Both the position numbers and the translations under genes were made by a program. Below are positions 37,401-45,559 of a DNA stretch of 64,000 bases, piece by piece (the stretch's first letter is position 1; every line of letters begins with the position of its first letter). Source of the stretch: Bacillota bacterium (lineage in GTDB: Bacteria; Bacillota_I; Bacilli_A; RF39; UBA660); the NCBI GenBank assembly GCA_015059495.1, contig SVAI01000001.1, positions 1,154,207 through 1,218,206 on the forward strand, given 5' to 3'. The notes under the pieces are model-generated. The model was given only the letters and a program-made list of their open reading frames with translations. It had not been told where the DNA came from and did no database searches.

Positions 37401-40400
37401 ATGCAGTTATTGGAAGTGATTCGCTAATAACTAGTAATTCAACGCTTTGGGGTGTTGCATCTGGATCAGTATTTGGTAATGGTAATGGTAAGAGTGGAAC
37501 TGAATATATTGGCTCAAATGATAACTCATACGTAATTATAGATGGTGAGGCAGAGATTAAAGGCTCAGTATACGGTGGTGGAAACTACGGTGCAACAGGT
37601 GTAAGAAGTACAGCATCAACAACTGAAACAAAAATAAATATCATCGGTGGAACAATAAATCAAGATGTTTATGGTGGAGGTAACCAAAATGGTTCTGGTT
37701 CAACTTCCAAGTCATCAACAATTACAATAAATCAAACAGGCGGAACTGTTAAAGGAAGTATATACGGTGGATCAAATATTTCTGGAACTATCTATGGAGT
37801 AACTAATGTAAATGTTTTAGATGGAACAGTTGATACAAATGTCTATGGTGGTGGAAAGGGACAAAATACATTTGTTAGAAATAATGCAAATGTAACAATT
37901 GGAAATTCAACACCTAATGTTCCAGTAATAAATGGTAACGTTTATGGTGGTTCTGGTTATGGAACAGTAAACGGTGTTAATACAAGTACTCAAACATCAA
38001 ATGCAAATACTTATGTAACAGTTAACAACGGAATTGTTAAAGGTTCAGTATTTGGTGGTGGTCAAGGAAGTAATACTTATACACCTTATGTTCTTGGAAA
38101 CATTACTGTAGAGATTAATGGTGGAGATATAACTGCTGTATATGGTGGTAATGATCAAGCAGGATCACATAATAAAACAAATAAAGTAAATTTAAATGGC
38201 GGTGTAATTGAAAACGCCTTTGGTGGTGGTAACAGGTCAAGTGTTAACACAACAAATGTTACATTACAAGGTTCAGAAGTAGCTAACATTTATGGTGGAT
38301 CAAACAATACTGGAACAGTTCAAACATCAAATGTTCAAATAAAATCTGGTTCTGTTGGAAACGCTTTAGGTGGAAACAACAAAGGTGGAAATTGTTATAC
38401 AACCAATGTTAACGTTGAAGGTAGTGCAAATGTTTTAGTAGCAGTATACGGTGGAGGAAACGAAGTAGATACAACTAGCGCAAATGTTACTTTAAAATCT
38501 GCAGGAAGTACAATACCAAATGTTTATGGTGGAGGAAACTCAGCAAGCGTTAATACCGTACAAATTACTAAGACTAGTACAAATGTAACAAACTTATTTG
38601 GTGGCTCTAATTCATCAGGTACAGTTCAACAATGTTATATAAATCATAATGGTGGAACAACAACAAACCTTTATGGTGGAAATAACGAAGGTGGTAGTAC
38701 ATTATCAAGTAATATTTACTATAGTAATGGTAATGCTACAACAATTTATGGTGGAGGAAACAAAGCAAGTACTCAAACAGCTAATGTTAACATCTATGGT
38801 GGAACAATAGATACTATATTTGGTGGTGGTAACTCTGCTGGTGTTAATAACACAACTGTTAATGCAAGTGGTGCCACAATTAATAATATTTATGGTGGTT
38901 CAAATGCTTCTGGTTTAGTTCAAACAACAACTATTAACTCAAACACAAACGTACATAATATTTATGGTGGAGGTAACTTAGCTGAAACTAATACACCAAC
39001 AATAAATGTAACTGCTGGAACAGTAGATTACATCTACGGTGGCGGAAACTTAGCTAAAGTTAACAACGGCACAACAATAAGAATTCAAAATGCTACTGTA
39101 AATAATAATATTTATGGTGGTGGAAACTTCGGAGTAGTTAAAGGTTCAACAGACCTAAGAGTACTTAATACTACAATAAAAGGTAGTATCTATGGTGGAG
39201 GAAATGGTGAATCTGCTACTGTTGAAGGAAATACACTAGTAAATGTTGGAGGAAACACAATTGTTGGTACAACATCATCTGTTGCTCCACATTCAGGTAG
39301 TGTCTTTGGTGGAGGTAACCAAGCCTACACAGGAACAGTAACAAGAAATGATTCAACAACAACAGTAAACATTGCTGGTGCAACAATTTATGGTAATGTT
39401 TATGGTGGTGCAAATACATCAGTTGTTTACGGAGATACAAACGTTAATATTGGATATGATAAAGTAACTGATAATACTTTACCAAAAGATAATATTTATA
39501 TTAAAGGTCATGTCTTTGGTGGTGGTGAAGCTAACGCTGCTGGTTCAGAAAACTACGACTGGTACTTCATCAGTGTTACTCAAGGTACTAACATCAATAT
39601 TGATGCTAATGGACATACATCATTTGATATCCTTGGATCATTCTATGGTGGAGGTAATGCATCTTCAGCAACAGGTGATACAATATTAAATATTGATAAT
39701 TATGGTTACTCACAACATCCAAAAGTAAACGTTTCAATTCAACGTGTTACAACAGTTAATATTAATAACTCATCAATTGCTCTAAAAGGTGCAATCGATA
39801 GAGCTAATGATTATGATAAAGAATTATTTGCAATAAGTCGTGTTATTACACTTAACTTAAAAAATAATTCAGAATTATATTTTGCTACTGGTACAAACTT
39901 ACTTGAAAACTTCAATTCACTTGATGCAAGTAATAATCCAGCAGTAGTAACAATAGATAGTGAAACTCATCAAATAACAAAGAGTGTCGATAATAGACTT
40001 TATGCATACGAAGGTAAAAATATTAACATTGCTCATGACCAACAAGTTACAGATTATGGTAATGTTACTGGTATGACATTCTTTGGGTTATTCACATTCA
40101 ATTATGATGATAGTGTATACACTGGTAACTATTCTCCAAATTATAATTATGGTGATGCACTTTCATATGCTGGAGCATTTACACGTGGTAGTTATGTACT
40201 AGGAGCTCATAAAACAAATCATAACATCGAAGTAGATGGATTCTACAGTAATTTCATGAATGAAGAAACTCAATTAAATGAGATTAAATATATAGATCCA
40301 ACACCAACAGATGCATTATTCTACATGTGGTTTATTGGTGAAAATGTAATTGAATATAATGTTAACTTAGTAGCATCTAAATATTCAACTTTAGGTTCAG

Positions 40401-42223
40401 TTGAAGTATCGTTCTTCGAATTTACTGATCCAAATACATCATTTGAAATTCTTAACTTTGACAGTACTGAATTAGCAGATGGTATTCATTTAGTAAATAA
40501 AAATGATATTCCAAGAACAGCATCAACTGAAGCAGAAGCTAACTCAAACTTTGGTTTAACAATGGAAGCTTCAAACACAGGTTGGTTAACAACTGGTAAA
40601 ACATCATTCTATACTGCTGATCCAAATATGGTTGGAACAACATACTATGAAGGTGAAAATTCAACATTAGTTCCAACAATGCTATTCTACTTATACCATT
40701 CAAAAAATATAAGTTTAGAACAAGAACTAGGAACAGTAAGAATATCAGTTATGACTATAACAAAGAAGAGTGCGCTTCAAAGTGAGGTAAGAAGACTTGT
40801 TATTAACGTTAACATGTCAACAGCATTGTTCCAATCAGTAGAGTATGAAGGTGCGATGACACCAGGTGATAAGTACGAATTATTTGCTTCAACAACAAAT
40901 AACATAACAACAAAATCAAAACTAAGTGCTTATTATTCACTATATGGTGAAAATACAAATCTATATAGACCAGGATATCATAGAGTACTTACATCAACTT
41001 ACATACTTCCATTAAATACTAAAATAACTATGATAGACTTTGCTAACAATCAAAATAATTATTATTATCACATTATAGATCAAGCTGATGTAACTAGAAC
41101 AACAACTGAATATCAAAATCAAAATGAAGTATCTTATCCATTATCTATGTTTACGGCAATGGGTTCACTAGATACAAACAATAATTATTCTGATGCAGCA
41201 ATGAATTCAATATACTATGATGGAACGGATAGTTCTGAGGAATTTATATTTATACTGGATTTCTCAGATACTGATATTAATTCAGATCAATTAAATAATA
41301 AACTATTAATTGAAATAAGAGATTCTAATGAAGAATCAATGATTACAGTATTAGGTATTGAACATAATCAATTAACTTATAACCTATATCATGATAGAGA
41401 TTCAAAAATTAACGTTAACGTAACACCTAGTGATAATCCACTTTATATAGGTTATAGTGATATCTTCGATTTATCAGTTAGCTATCAAAATGATTCACTA
41501 GATAACATTGGTGTAATTGATACCCAATACTTTAACTCTAAACTTGGAGTACAAATATCTATAGTTAATAATGAAGGTAATACAATATCAGGTACAGACC
41601 TTGTAGGTACATATTTTGAAATGGATGGTCAAAGATATTATCCAGATGTAAATGGTATTACACACATTAAATTATCAGATAAAGTTGGTAATACACAAAA
41701 ATGGATTATATTTAACACTGAAAACTCTTCAATAGCAACCGGTGACTATACATTCGTATTTAGTGCATTTGGTTCAGTTGACGGTATATATTACAGTGAA
41801 TCCTTGCCAGATGTTGAAAACTTAGATATAATTATTATTAATAGTAAGTATGGTCTAAACCCAGAGATAAATGATAATTCAATTATCTTTAATGCTATTA
41901 ATGATAAGAGTTTGAAATTTACTGTAGACTATTCTTCTATGTTAGATAATCCAAATATTAGAGTAGCATTGTATCGTAGAAAATATGATCAAATATATGA
42001 TACAAGATATGATTTAGTAGATTTAGCTGATTATGTTGATCAAGATCTATTTACTACTAATAATCCAAAAGAATACTTGTTAATAAATAATCCTCAAGCT
42101 CATAATAGTTTCAACCTAGCTATGAAAGAAGAATTATTAACAGGTACATATAGACTAATATTTAGACTATATGATAATGATGTCTTAATCGGTGACATAA
42201 CAAGATATATAATAATAAAGTGA
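34478..42223 (+). CDS. giant (2581 aa) secreted/surface beta-helix repeat protein, putative adhesin or fibre component
   Basis: Uninterrupted ORF with AGGAG RBS. N-terminal signal/anchor (LVLIMLITALAVILSWVAI), GLUG-like head (PFSGTIDGKGNTIYNANITNGLF), about 870 aa of 24-residue [VI][YF]GG[GS]N repeats, and about 880 aa of C-terminal beta-rich region. No LPXTG. Confidence 0.85.
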   Translation: MQARTNISKNKLVLIMLITALAVILSWVAIKVFTASVEDSSWNGVVATSFKSGTGSTSNPYVISSSAEFAYFKQLMEGNSATLYASKNYEITIGLNYGDHDISINNTIPFSGTIDGKGNTIYNANITNGLFNELSNATIKNLAFNNTDYTLDDEQGGFLADSITSSTIEMVVIDSKIVKGNDEYIVSGITNSSTSSTYNKVVVYNKYQGTYGTNTTYNIAHLSNSDSYTNVLTNQNGFNNFSNANHEIKRFTVSNNNTLTYSQMADFSDTDYEIVINSTQFVLREKVQQATNPTSAEHATGREGNTIYLNNLDADFGFYSGLNYTYSSDYKLPTMVSKNIYTDTTLVKATITYSGIETNSNQTLTGTISSTENYNKIVYYDYLPVENNKVKITLIDNPFTNRPNGKGFNNWISDTVGVTLSYDLVRYERFAEIALTRNAQGTYDPITLDFHASWVDATEYGLTGNNWTNAFNTFKSKGLEQIEVSREECGPVMDQYYRYAVAARYSYYTGYYQSGNSWYNANNRYCNTRNGCPYYYDVPEGEIYQPGTTYYYFQNNAFHQLDTTGYQVTCETIQLVNSNFITAGYYTEKTFSRNQSINGYYNANGEPVSGTCTSSSCTYYEFIQSYTSNGQRPLVDFSKKYYYLVTRDTNIAYLTGDITNYWSSSQNKPFTLTGLHNGTQTSYDWTVTNNVITLQNDTTIEHLTIYNNKSFNTLDPQPSVSSGGWWSSTTYYSAINANWHNLKVGRGLKQYSTNNPTFDYIWGGSSAVSSSSSSGYYNMIIESGHYDSMAYTLPYNNGSTIYVDNKTVLGCDVDKVLDTNNNNLSVYYEAAASFSGTIYPKVEIATDLTVKSGKFGTSKEDMYTGIYVGGLTSGTNYAARKIKVEGGYIYNLIGGPLTHENRKQYNDSYIYMTGGEVDIIIGGAGRSPTYGNRIIQVTGGKVNYGVLGGSNGSGSDTQDGDGVVNGSSYLYIGGNAVIGSDSLITSNSTLWGVASGSVFGNGNGKSGTEYIGSNDNSYVIIDGEAEIKGSVYGGGNYGATGVRSTASTTETKINIIGGTINQDVYGGGNQNGSGSTSKSSTITINQTGGTVKGSIYGGSNISGTIYGVTNVNVLDGTVDTNVYGGGKGQNTFVRNNANVTIGNSTPNVPVINGNVYGGSGYGTVNGVNTSTQTSNANTYVTVNNGIVKGSVFGGGQGSNTYTPYVLGNITVEINGGDITAVYGGNDQAGSHNKTNKVNLNGGVIENAFGGGNRSSVNTTNVTLQGSEVANIYGGSNNTGTVQTSNVQIKSGSVGNALGGNNKGGNCYTTNVNVEGSANVLVAVYGGGNEVDTTSANVTLKSAGSTIPNVYGGGNSASVNTVQITKTSTNVTNLFGGSNSSGTVQQCYINHNGGTTTNLYGGNNEGGSTLSSNIYYSNGNATTIYGGGNKASTQTANVNIYGGTIDTIFGGGNSAGVNNTTVNASGATINNIYGGSNASGLVQTTTINSNTNVHNIYGGGNLAETNTPTINVTAGTVDYIYGGGNLAKVNNGTTIRIQNATVNNNIYGGGNFGVVKGSTDLRVLNTTIKGSIYGGGNGESATVEGNTLVNVGGNTIVGTTSSVAPHSGSVFGGGNQAYTGTVTRNDSTTTVNIAGATIYGNVYGGANTSVVYGDTNVNIGYDKVTDNTLPKDNIYIKGHVFGGGEANAAGSENYDWYFISVTQGTNINIDANGHTSFDILGSFYGGGNASSATGDTILNIDNYGYSQHPKVNVSIQRVTTVNINNSSIALKGAIDRANDYDKELFAISRVITLNLKNNSELYFATGTNLLENFNSLDASNNPAVVTIDSETHQITKSVDNRLYAYEGKNINIAHDQQVTDYGNVTGMTFFGLFTFNYDDSVYTGNYSPNYNYGDALSYAGAFTRGSYVLGAHKTNHNIEVDGFYSNFMNEETQLNEIKYIDPTPTDALFYMWFIGENVIEYNVNLVASKYSTLGSVEVSFFEFTDPNTSFEILNFDSTELADGIHLVNKNDIPRTASTEAEANSNFGLTMEASNTGWLTTGKTSFYTADPNMVGTTYYEGENSTLVPTMLFYLYHSKNISLEQELGTVRISVMTITKKSALQSEVRRLVINVNMSTALFQSVEYEGAMTPGDKYELFASTTNNITTKSKLSAYYSLYGENTNLYRPGYHRVLTSTYILPLNTKITMIDFANNQNNYYYHIIDQADVTRTTTEYQNQNEVSYPLSMFTAMGSLDTNNNYSDAAMNSIYYDGTDSSEEFIFILDFSDTDINSDQLNNKLLIEIRDSNEESMITVLGIEHNQLTYNLYHDRDSKINVNVTPSDNPLYIGYSDIFDLSVSYQNDSLDNIGVIDTQYFNSKLGVQISIVNNEGNTISGTDLVGTYFEMDGQRYYPDVNGITHIKLSDKVGNTQKWIIFNTENSSIATGDYTFVFSAFGSVDGIYYSESLPDVENLDIIIINSKYGLNPEINDNSIIFNAINDKSLKFTVDYSSMLDNPNIRVALYRRKYDQIYDTRYDLVDLADYVDQDLFTTNNPKEYLLINNPQAHNSFNLAMKEELLTGTYRLIFRLYDNDVLIGDITRYIIIK
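37072..39680 (+). repeat. coding tandem repeat: about 25 clear plus about 5 degenerate copies of a 72-nt (24-aa) unit
   Basis: Recurrent TATGGTGGAGGAAAC (YGGGN). Consensus x-[IV]-[YF]-G-G-[GS]-N-x-x-x-[VT]-x-x-[TS]-x-[VI]-N-[VI]-x-G-G-x-[VI]. Units are diverged at the DNA level. Confidence 0.75.
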
Positions 42224-42233
42224 GGTATAAAAT

Positions 42234-42380
42234 ATGAATATTAATAACATTAAAAATTTAAGTAATAATGAAATACTACAGTTAAGATCAAAAATAGTAC
42301 AACATGTCGAAACATTGGAAGAAAAAAAGAATAAGGTGGAAGAAATAAATGCTGGAAAATCTGCAAAACCAACTAGATGA
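42234..42380 (+). CDS. possible small ORF (48 aa) absent from the ORF track
   Basis: ATG 42234 is 10 nt after the giant gene stop. Encodes MNINNIKNLSNNEILQLRSKIVQHVETLEEKKNKVEEINAGKSAKPTR*. Overlaps the next gene's start by 32 nt in another frame. Confidence 0.3.
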   Translation: MNINNIKNLSNNEILQLRSKIVQHVETLEEKKNKVEEINAGKSAKPTR

Positions 42381-43848
42381 AACAATTAACTTAATTGATA
42401 CTCTTCCAGAAAATACTAAAGATAATAGACAAAAGAAACTAAAATACATTGCAGAAGAAGAGATGAAATCACTTGCTCTTCTTACTGCAATAAATAATGA
42501 GTTAAAATATAGAACTGCTAAATTTAGTTTCTTAAAAGAAAATAAAGCTTTAGAAGAATTACAAAAAGAATTAGATAAATGTACTATTATAGATGAATGG
42601 AGTACTTACAATACTTCATATGAAAAACTTCACTTAGATTATTATTTATATCAATTACATAGATATTATAAAAATGATTTAGAAAATGTTAATAACTGTA
42701 TAAGACAAATATTAGATATATTTAAAGGAGTGGGTATTAATCTTACTCAAGAAGATTTTGACTACCATCCATATGTATCTAAATATATAACAATGATTCA
42801 AAATAATACTGATGAAGAACAATTAAAAGATGCTTTTGAACCACTTTACTGGAAACTTCCAGAGTTAATCAAAGCTATTGAAATAAACTTCAAAAGTATA
42901 TATTTAAAGTATGAAAAGAAAATAGATAAATATTTTGAAACTAAACAAAAAGAATATTTATCAAAACATACTGATAAAGAATTAATAGATAAAAAACAAC
43001 AATTAATTAAAACAATTAATTCTACTAGAGAAAAAGATCCATACTATATATTCAATAAATTTGTTAATAAAGAATATATGTTAAATGATTATAATGAAAA
43101 TGATATCAATAAAAGAAAACAATTATATTTTAATGATTTAGGATATACATTTGATTTCCTACTTGAATTCTATCAAGTATTATTCGATTATAAACTAATA
43201 CTTAAATATAATTATTTATTCAAAGATATTAAAGAATTATTGTCACAAGTTAATACACTAAAAGATGCTAAAAAGAATGCACTTAAGAAAGTATTAAATA
43301 CTGAAAAACAAATTAAGAAATTAACAGGTAAAGGATTATTTGGTAAAGAAAAGAATCCTGATTCTTACTTAATTAAATATAAAGCTTTATTAACCCAAAT
43401 AATTGATGAATATACTGAGTTAGAAGATGCATCATTTAAAGATACAATATTTAATAATTTTAATACTAATTCATCAGCACTAAATGCACTAGAATTAGTA
43501 AGCTTAAATTATCTACACTTTATAAATAAACTTAAAGAAGTAGATGATAATGAAGAATTAGATAATATTAATTCTAAATATAATGAATTAAAAGATATAT
43601 TAAATACTAATAATTTTGTATTACTTGATAAATTATCTCTATTAGATGAATATCAATTAAAACAAGTTATTGTAGATAAATATGTTTTAGATGGTGTTAA
43701 ACTAACTAAAGAACAATTAGAAGCTGATAGTATTGATAAAACTCTAGCAGATATAAAGATATTAATTAATAATGAATATATTATTAGATCTGGACTAAAA
43801 CTAGAAGATATTAAATTATACTTTGACGTAAAGAGTTTAGATATATAA
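42349..43848 (+). CDS. cytoplasmic alpha-helical / coiled-coil protein, function unknown
   Basis: 499 aa, K/E/L/N-rich, with no TM or signal. Last gene before a strong terminator. Confidence 0.55.
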   Translation: MLENLQNQLDETINLIDTLPENTKDNRQKKLKYIAEEEMKSLALLTAINNELKYRTAKFSFLKENKALEELQKELDKCTIIDEWSTYNTSYEKLHLDYYLYQLHRYYKNDLENVNNCIRQILDIFKGVGINLTQEDFDYHPYVSKYITMIQNNTDEEQLKDAFEPLYWKLPELIKAIEINFKSIYLKYEKKIDKYFETKQKEYLSKHTDKELIDKKQQLIKTINSTREKDPYYIFNKFVNKEYMLNDYNENDINKRKQLYFNDLGYTFDFLLEFYQVLFDYKLILKYNYLFKDIKELLSQVNTLKDAKKNALKKVLNTEKQIKKLTGKGLFGKEKNPDSYLIKYKALLTQIIDEYTELEDASFKDTIFNNFNTNSSALNALELVSLNYLHFINKLKEVDDNEELDNINSKYNELKDILNTNNFVLLDKLSLLDEYQLKQVIVDKYVLDGVKLTKEQLEADSIDKTLADIKILINNEYIIRSGLKLEDIKLYFDVKSLDI

Positions 43849-43851
43849 AAG

Positions 43852-43879
43852 AAAATCTAGAATACTAGATTTTTTTTTA
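43852..43879 (+). terminator. rho-independent terminator closing the accessory locus
   Basis: AAAATCTAG-AATA-CTAGATTTT followed by a long T-run. Confidence 0.7.
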
Positions 43880-43903
43880 TTATAATGATAATAGGTGATA
43901 ACT

Positions 43904-44458
43904 ATGAAAATACCAGTAGGAGTATCAGCAAGACATATCCATTTAACTAAAGATAATTTTATTAAATTATTTGGATATGAAGAATTAACTAAATTTAAAG
44001 ATATAAAACAACCAGGTCTATTTGCTGCAGAGGAAAAAGTAACTTTAAAAACAGATAACTATTCAATAGACAATGTAAGAATTCTAGGACCATTTAGGGA
44101 ATATAACCAAGCAGAAATATCTAAAACGGATGCATACAAATTTAAAGTGGATCCTAAAGTTAGACGCAGTGGAGAAGTTGAAGGAACTGACTTAATTACA
44201 GTAGTAGGTCCTAAAGGTGAAATACAAATACCTGTAATAATAGCTAATAGACATATTCATATAACAGAAGAACAAGCAAATGAATTAAATGTTAAGGATA
44301 GACAACTAGTACCCGTAAAAATTAATAGTGAAAAACCAGGCGTTATACTAGCTGAATTTAAAGTAAGTAAAGAAGCATTCCTAGAACTACATCTAGATAC
44401 AGATGATGCTAATGCATTCTTATTAAAACAAGATAATGAAGTAGAAGTAATGTTATAA
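43904..44458 (+). CDS. pduL: phosphate propanoyl/acetyltransferase PduL
   Basis: Duplicated PduL signature: IPVGVSARHIHLTKDNFIKLFG and IPVIIANRHIHITEEQANELNV. AGGTGA RBS before ATG 43904. Confidence 0.85.
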   Translation: MKIPVGVSARHIHLTKDNFIKLFGYEELTKFKDIKQPGLFAAEEKVTLKTDNYSIDNVRILGPFREYNQAEISKTDAYKFKVDPKVRRSGEVEGTDLITVVGPKGEIQIPVIIANRHIHITEEQANELNVKDRQLVPVKINSEKPGVILAEFKVSKEAFLELHLDTDDANAFLLKQDNEVEVML

Positions 44459-44517
44459 TTACTTCTTTTTAATTGATAAAAACTTAATAATATGCAATAA
44501 TATATGCGGTGATTACT

Positions 44518-45501
44518 ATGTTTAAAATTGGTAATGTAGAAATAAAAAATAGAGTTATATTAGCTCCTATGGCAGGAGTATCTAATACATCTTTTAGAAA
44601 GATAATTAAAGAGATGGGTGCAGGATTAATCTATTGTGAAATGGTTAGTGATAAGGCAGTTACTTTTGAATCTAAAAAAACAATGGATTTATTAAAAATG
44701 GATGAAATGGAACGTCCTATTTCACAACAAATATTTGGTAGTGATATTGATTCATTTGTTACTGCAGCTAAAAAGATTTATGAATTACAACATCCAGATA
44801 TTATAGATATTAATATGGGATGTCCAGTACCAAAAGTAGCAATAAAAAATCAAGCTGGTTCAGCTCTTTTAAAAGATCCAAAAAAGATTGGTGAAATAGT
44901 ATCTGCTGTAGTTAATGCTGTACCTTGTCCAGTTACAGTTAAAATAAGAAGTGGATGGGATGAAAAACACATTAATGCAGTTGAAGTAGCAAAAGTTTGT
45001 GAAAAAGCTGGAGCTTCAGCAATCGCAGTTCATGCTAGAACTAGAAGTCAAGGATATTCAGGTGAGGCAGACTGGAACATCATCAAACAAGTCAAAGAAG
45101 CAGTGTCTATTCCTGTAATTGGAAACGGAGATGTTACATCTTGTTATCTTGCTAAAAAGATGTTAGATGAAACTAAGTGCGATGCTGTAATGATTGGTAG
45201 AGGTGTCTTAGGTAATCCATGGTTAATTAAAGAATGTGTTGAATACTTAGAAAATGGAACAAAACCTAAAGAAGTAACATATGAAGATAAAATTAATATG
45301 ATGAGAAGACACTATGAATTACTAAAAGAAGATAAAGGAGAAGTAGTAGCTTCTCTAGAAATTAGAATGTTTATTCTTTACTATTTAAAAGGTATTAAAG
45401 GATCAAAGGAAATAAAAAATAAAATATGTCAAACTAAGAGTAGTGAAGAAATATTTAAGATAATTGATGAGTTCAAAGAAAAATTAGATAAAGGTATGTA
45501 A
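44518..45501 (+). CDS. dus: tRNA-dihydrouridine synthase
   Basis: RVILAPMAGVSNTSFRKI, DINMGCPVPKV and HARTRSQGYSGEADW motifs of the DusB family. Confidence 0.9.
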   Translation: MFKIGNVEIKNRVILAPMAGVSNTSFRKIIKEMGAGLIYCEMVSDKAVTFESKKTMDLLKMDEMERPISQQIFGSDIDSFVTAAKKIYELQHPDIIDINMGCPVPKVAIKNQAGSALLKDPKKIGEIVSAVVNAVPCPVTVKIRSGWDEKHINAVEVAKVCEKAGASAIAVHARTRSQGYSGEADWNIIKQVKEAVSIPVIGNGDVTSCYLAKKMLDETKCDAVMIGRGVLGNPWLIKECVEYLENGTKPKEVTYEDKINMMRRHYELLKEDKGEVVASLEIRMFILYYLKGIKGSKEIKNKICQTKSSEEIFKIIDEFKEKLDKGM

Positions 45502-45559
45502 TACCTTTATTTTATTTGGTATTTATGATAAAATACTGAATTGAAAAAGAGGGATTATT

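Noticed and set aside
37072-39680. Regular 72-nt periodicity that could superficially suggest a CRISPR-like or satellite array
   Set aside because: The periodicity is at the protein level (YGGGN coils) inside one uninterrupted ORF. The DNA units are diverged, and there are no identical repeats or unique spacers.
42321-42348. Frameshift at the A7 run (GAAAAAAAG, 42321-42329) joining the 48-codon ORF to ORF 42349
   Set aside because: The target frame contains TAA at 42346-42348 downstream of the A-run, so slippage there would terminate immediately. Only a shift within 42349-42380 could fuse them.
34426-42385. Minus-strand ORFs 34426-34695, 35620-35901, 35898-36194, 39216-39440 and 42185-42385
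   Set aside because: Antisense to the giant ORF or its flanks. Translations are Leu/His/Gln-rich mirror images of the Asn/Gly/Thr-rich sense frame.
21369-43879. Calling the tRNA-flanked region a mobile genomic island
   Set aside because: I found no integrase, recombinase, transposase, conjugation or phage gene, and no direct repeat of the tRNA 3' ends. Only the tRNA adjacency and accessory gene content support it, so it is reported as context, not as a mobile element.
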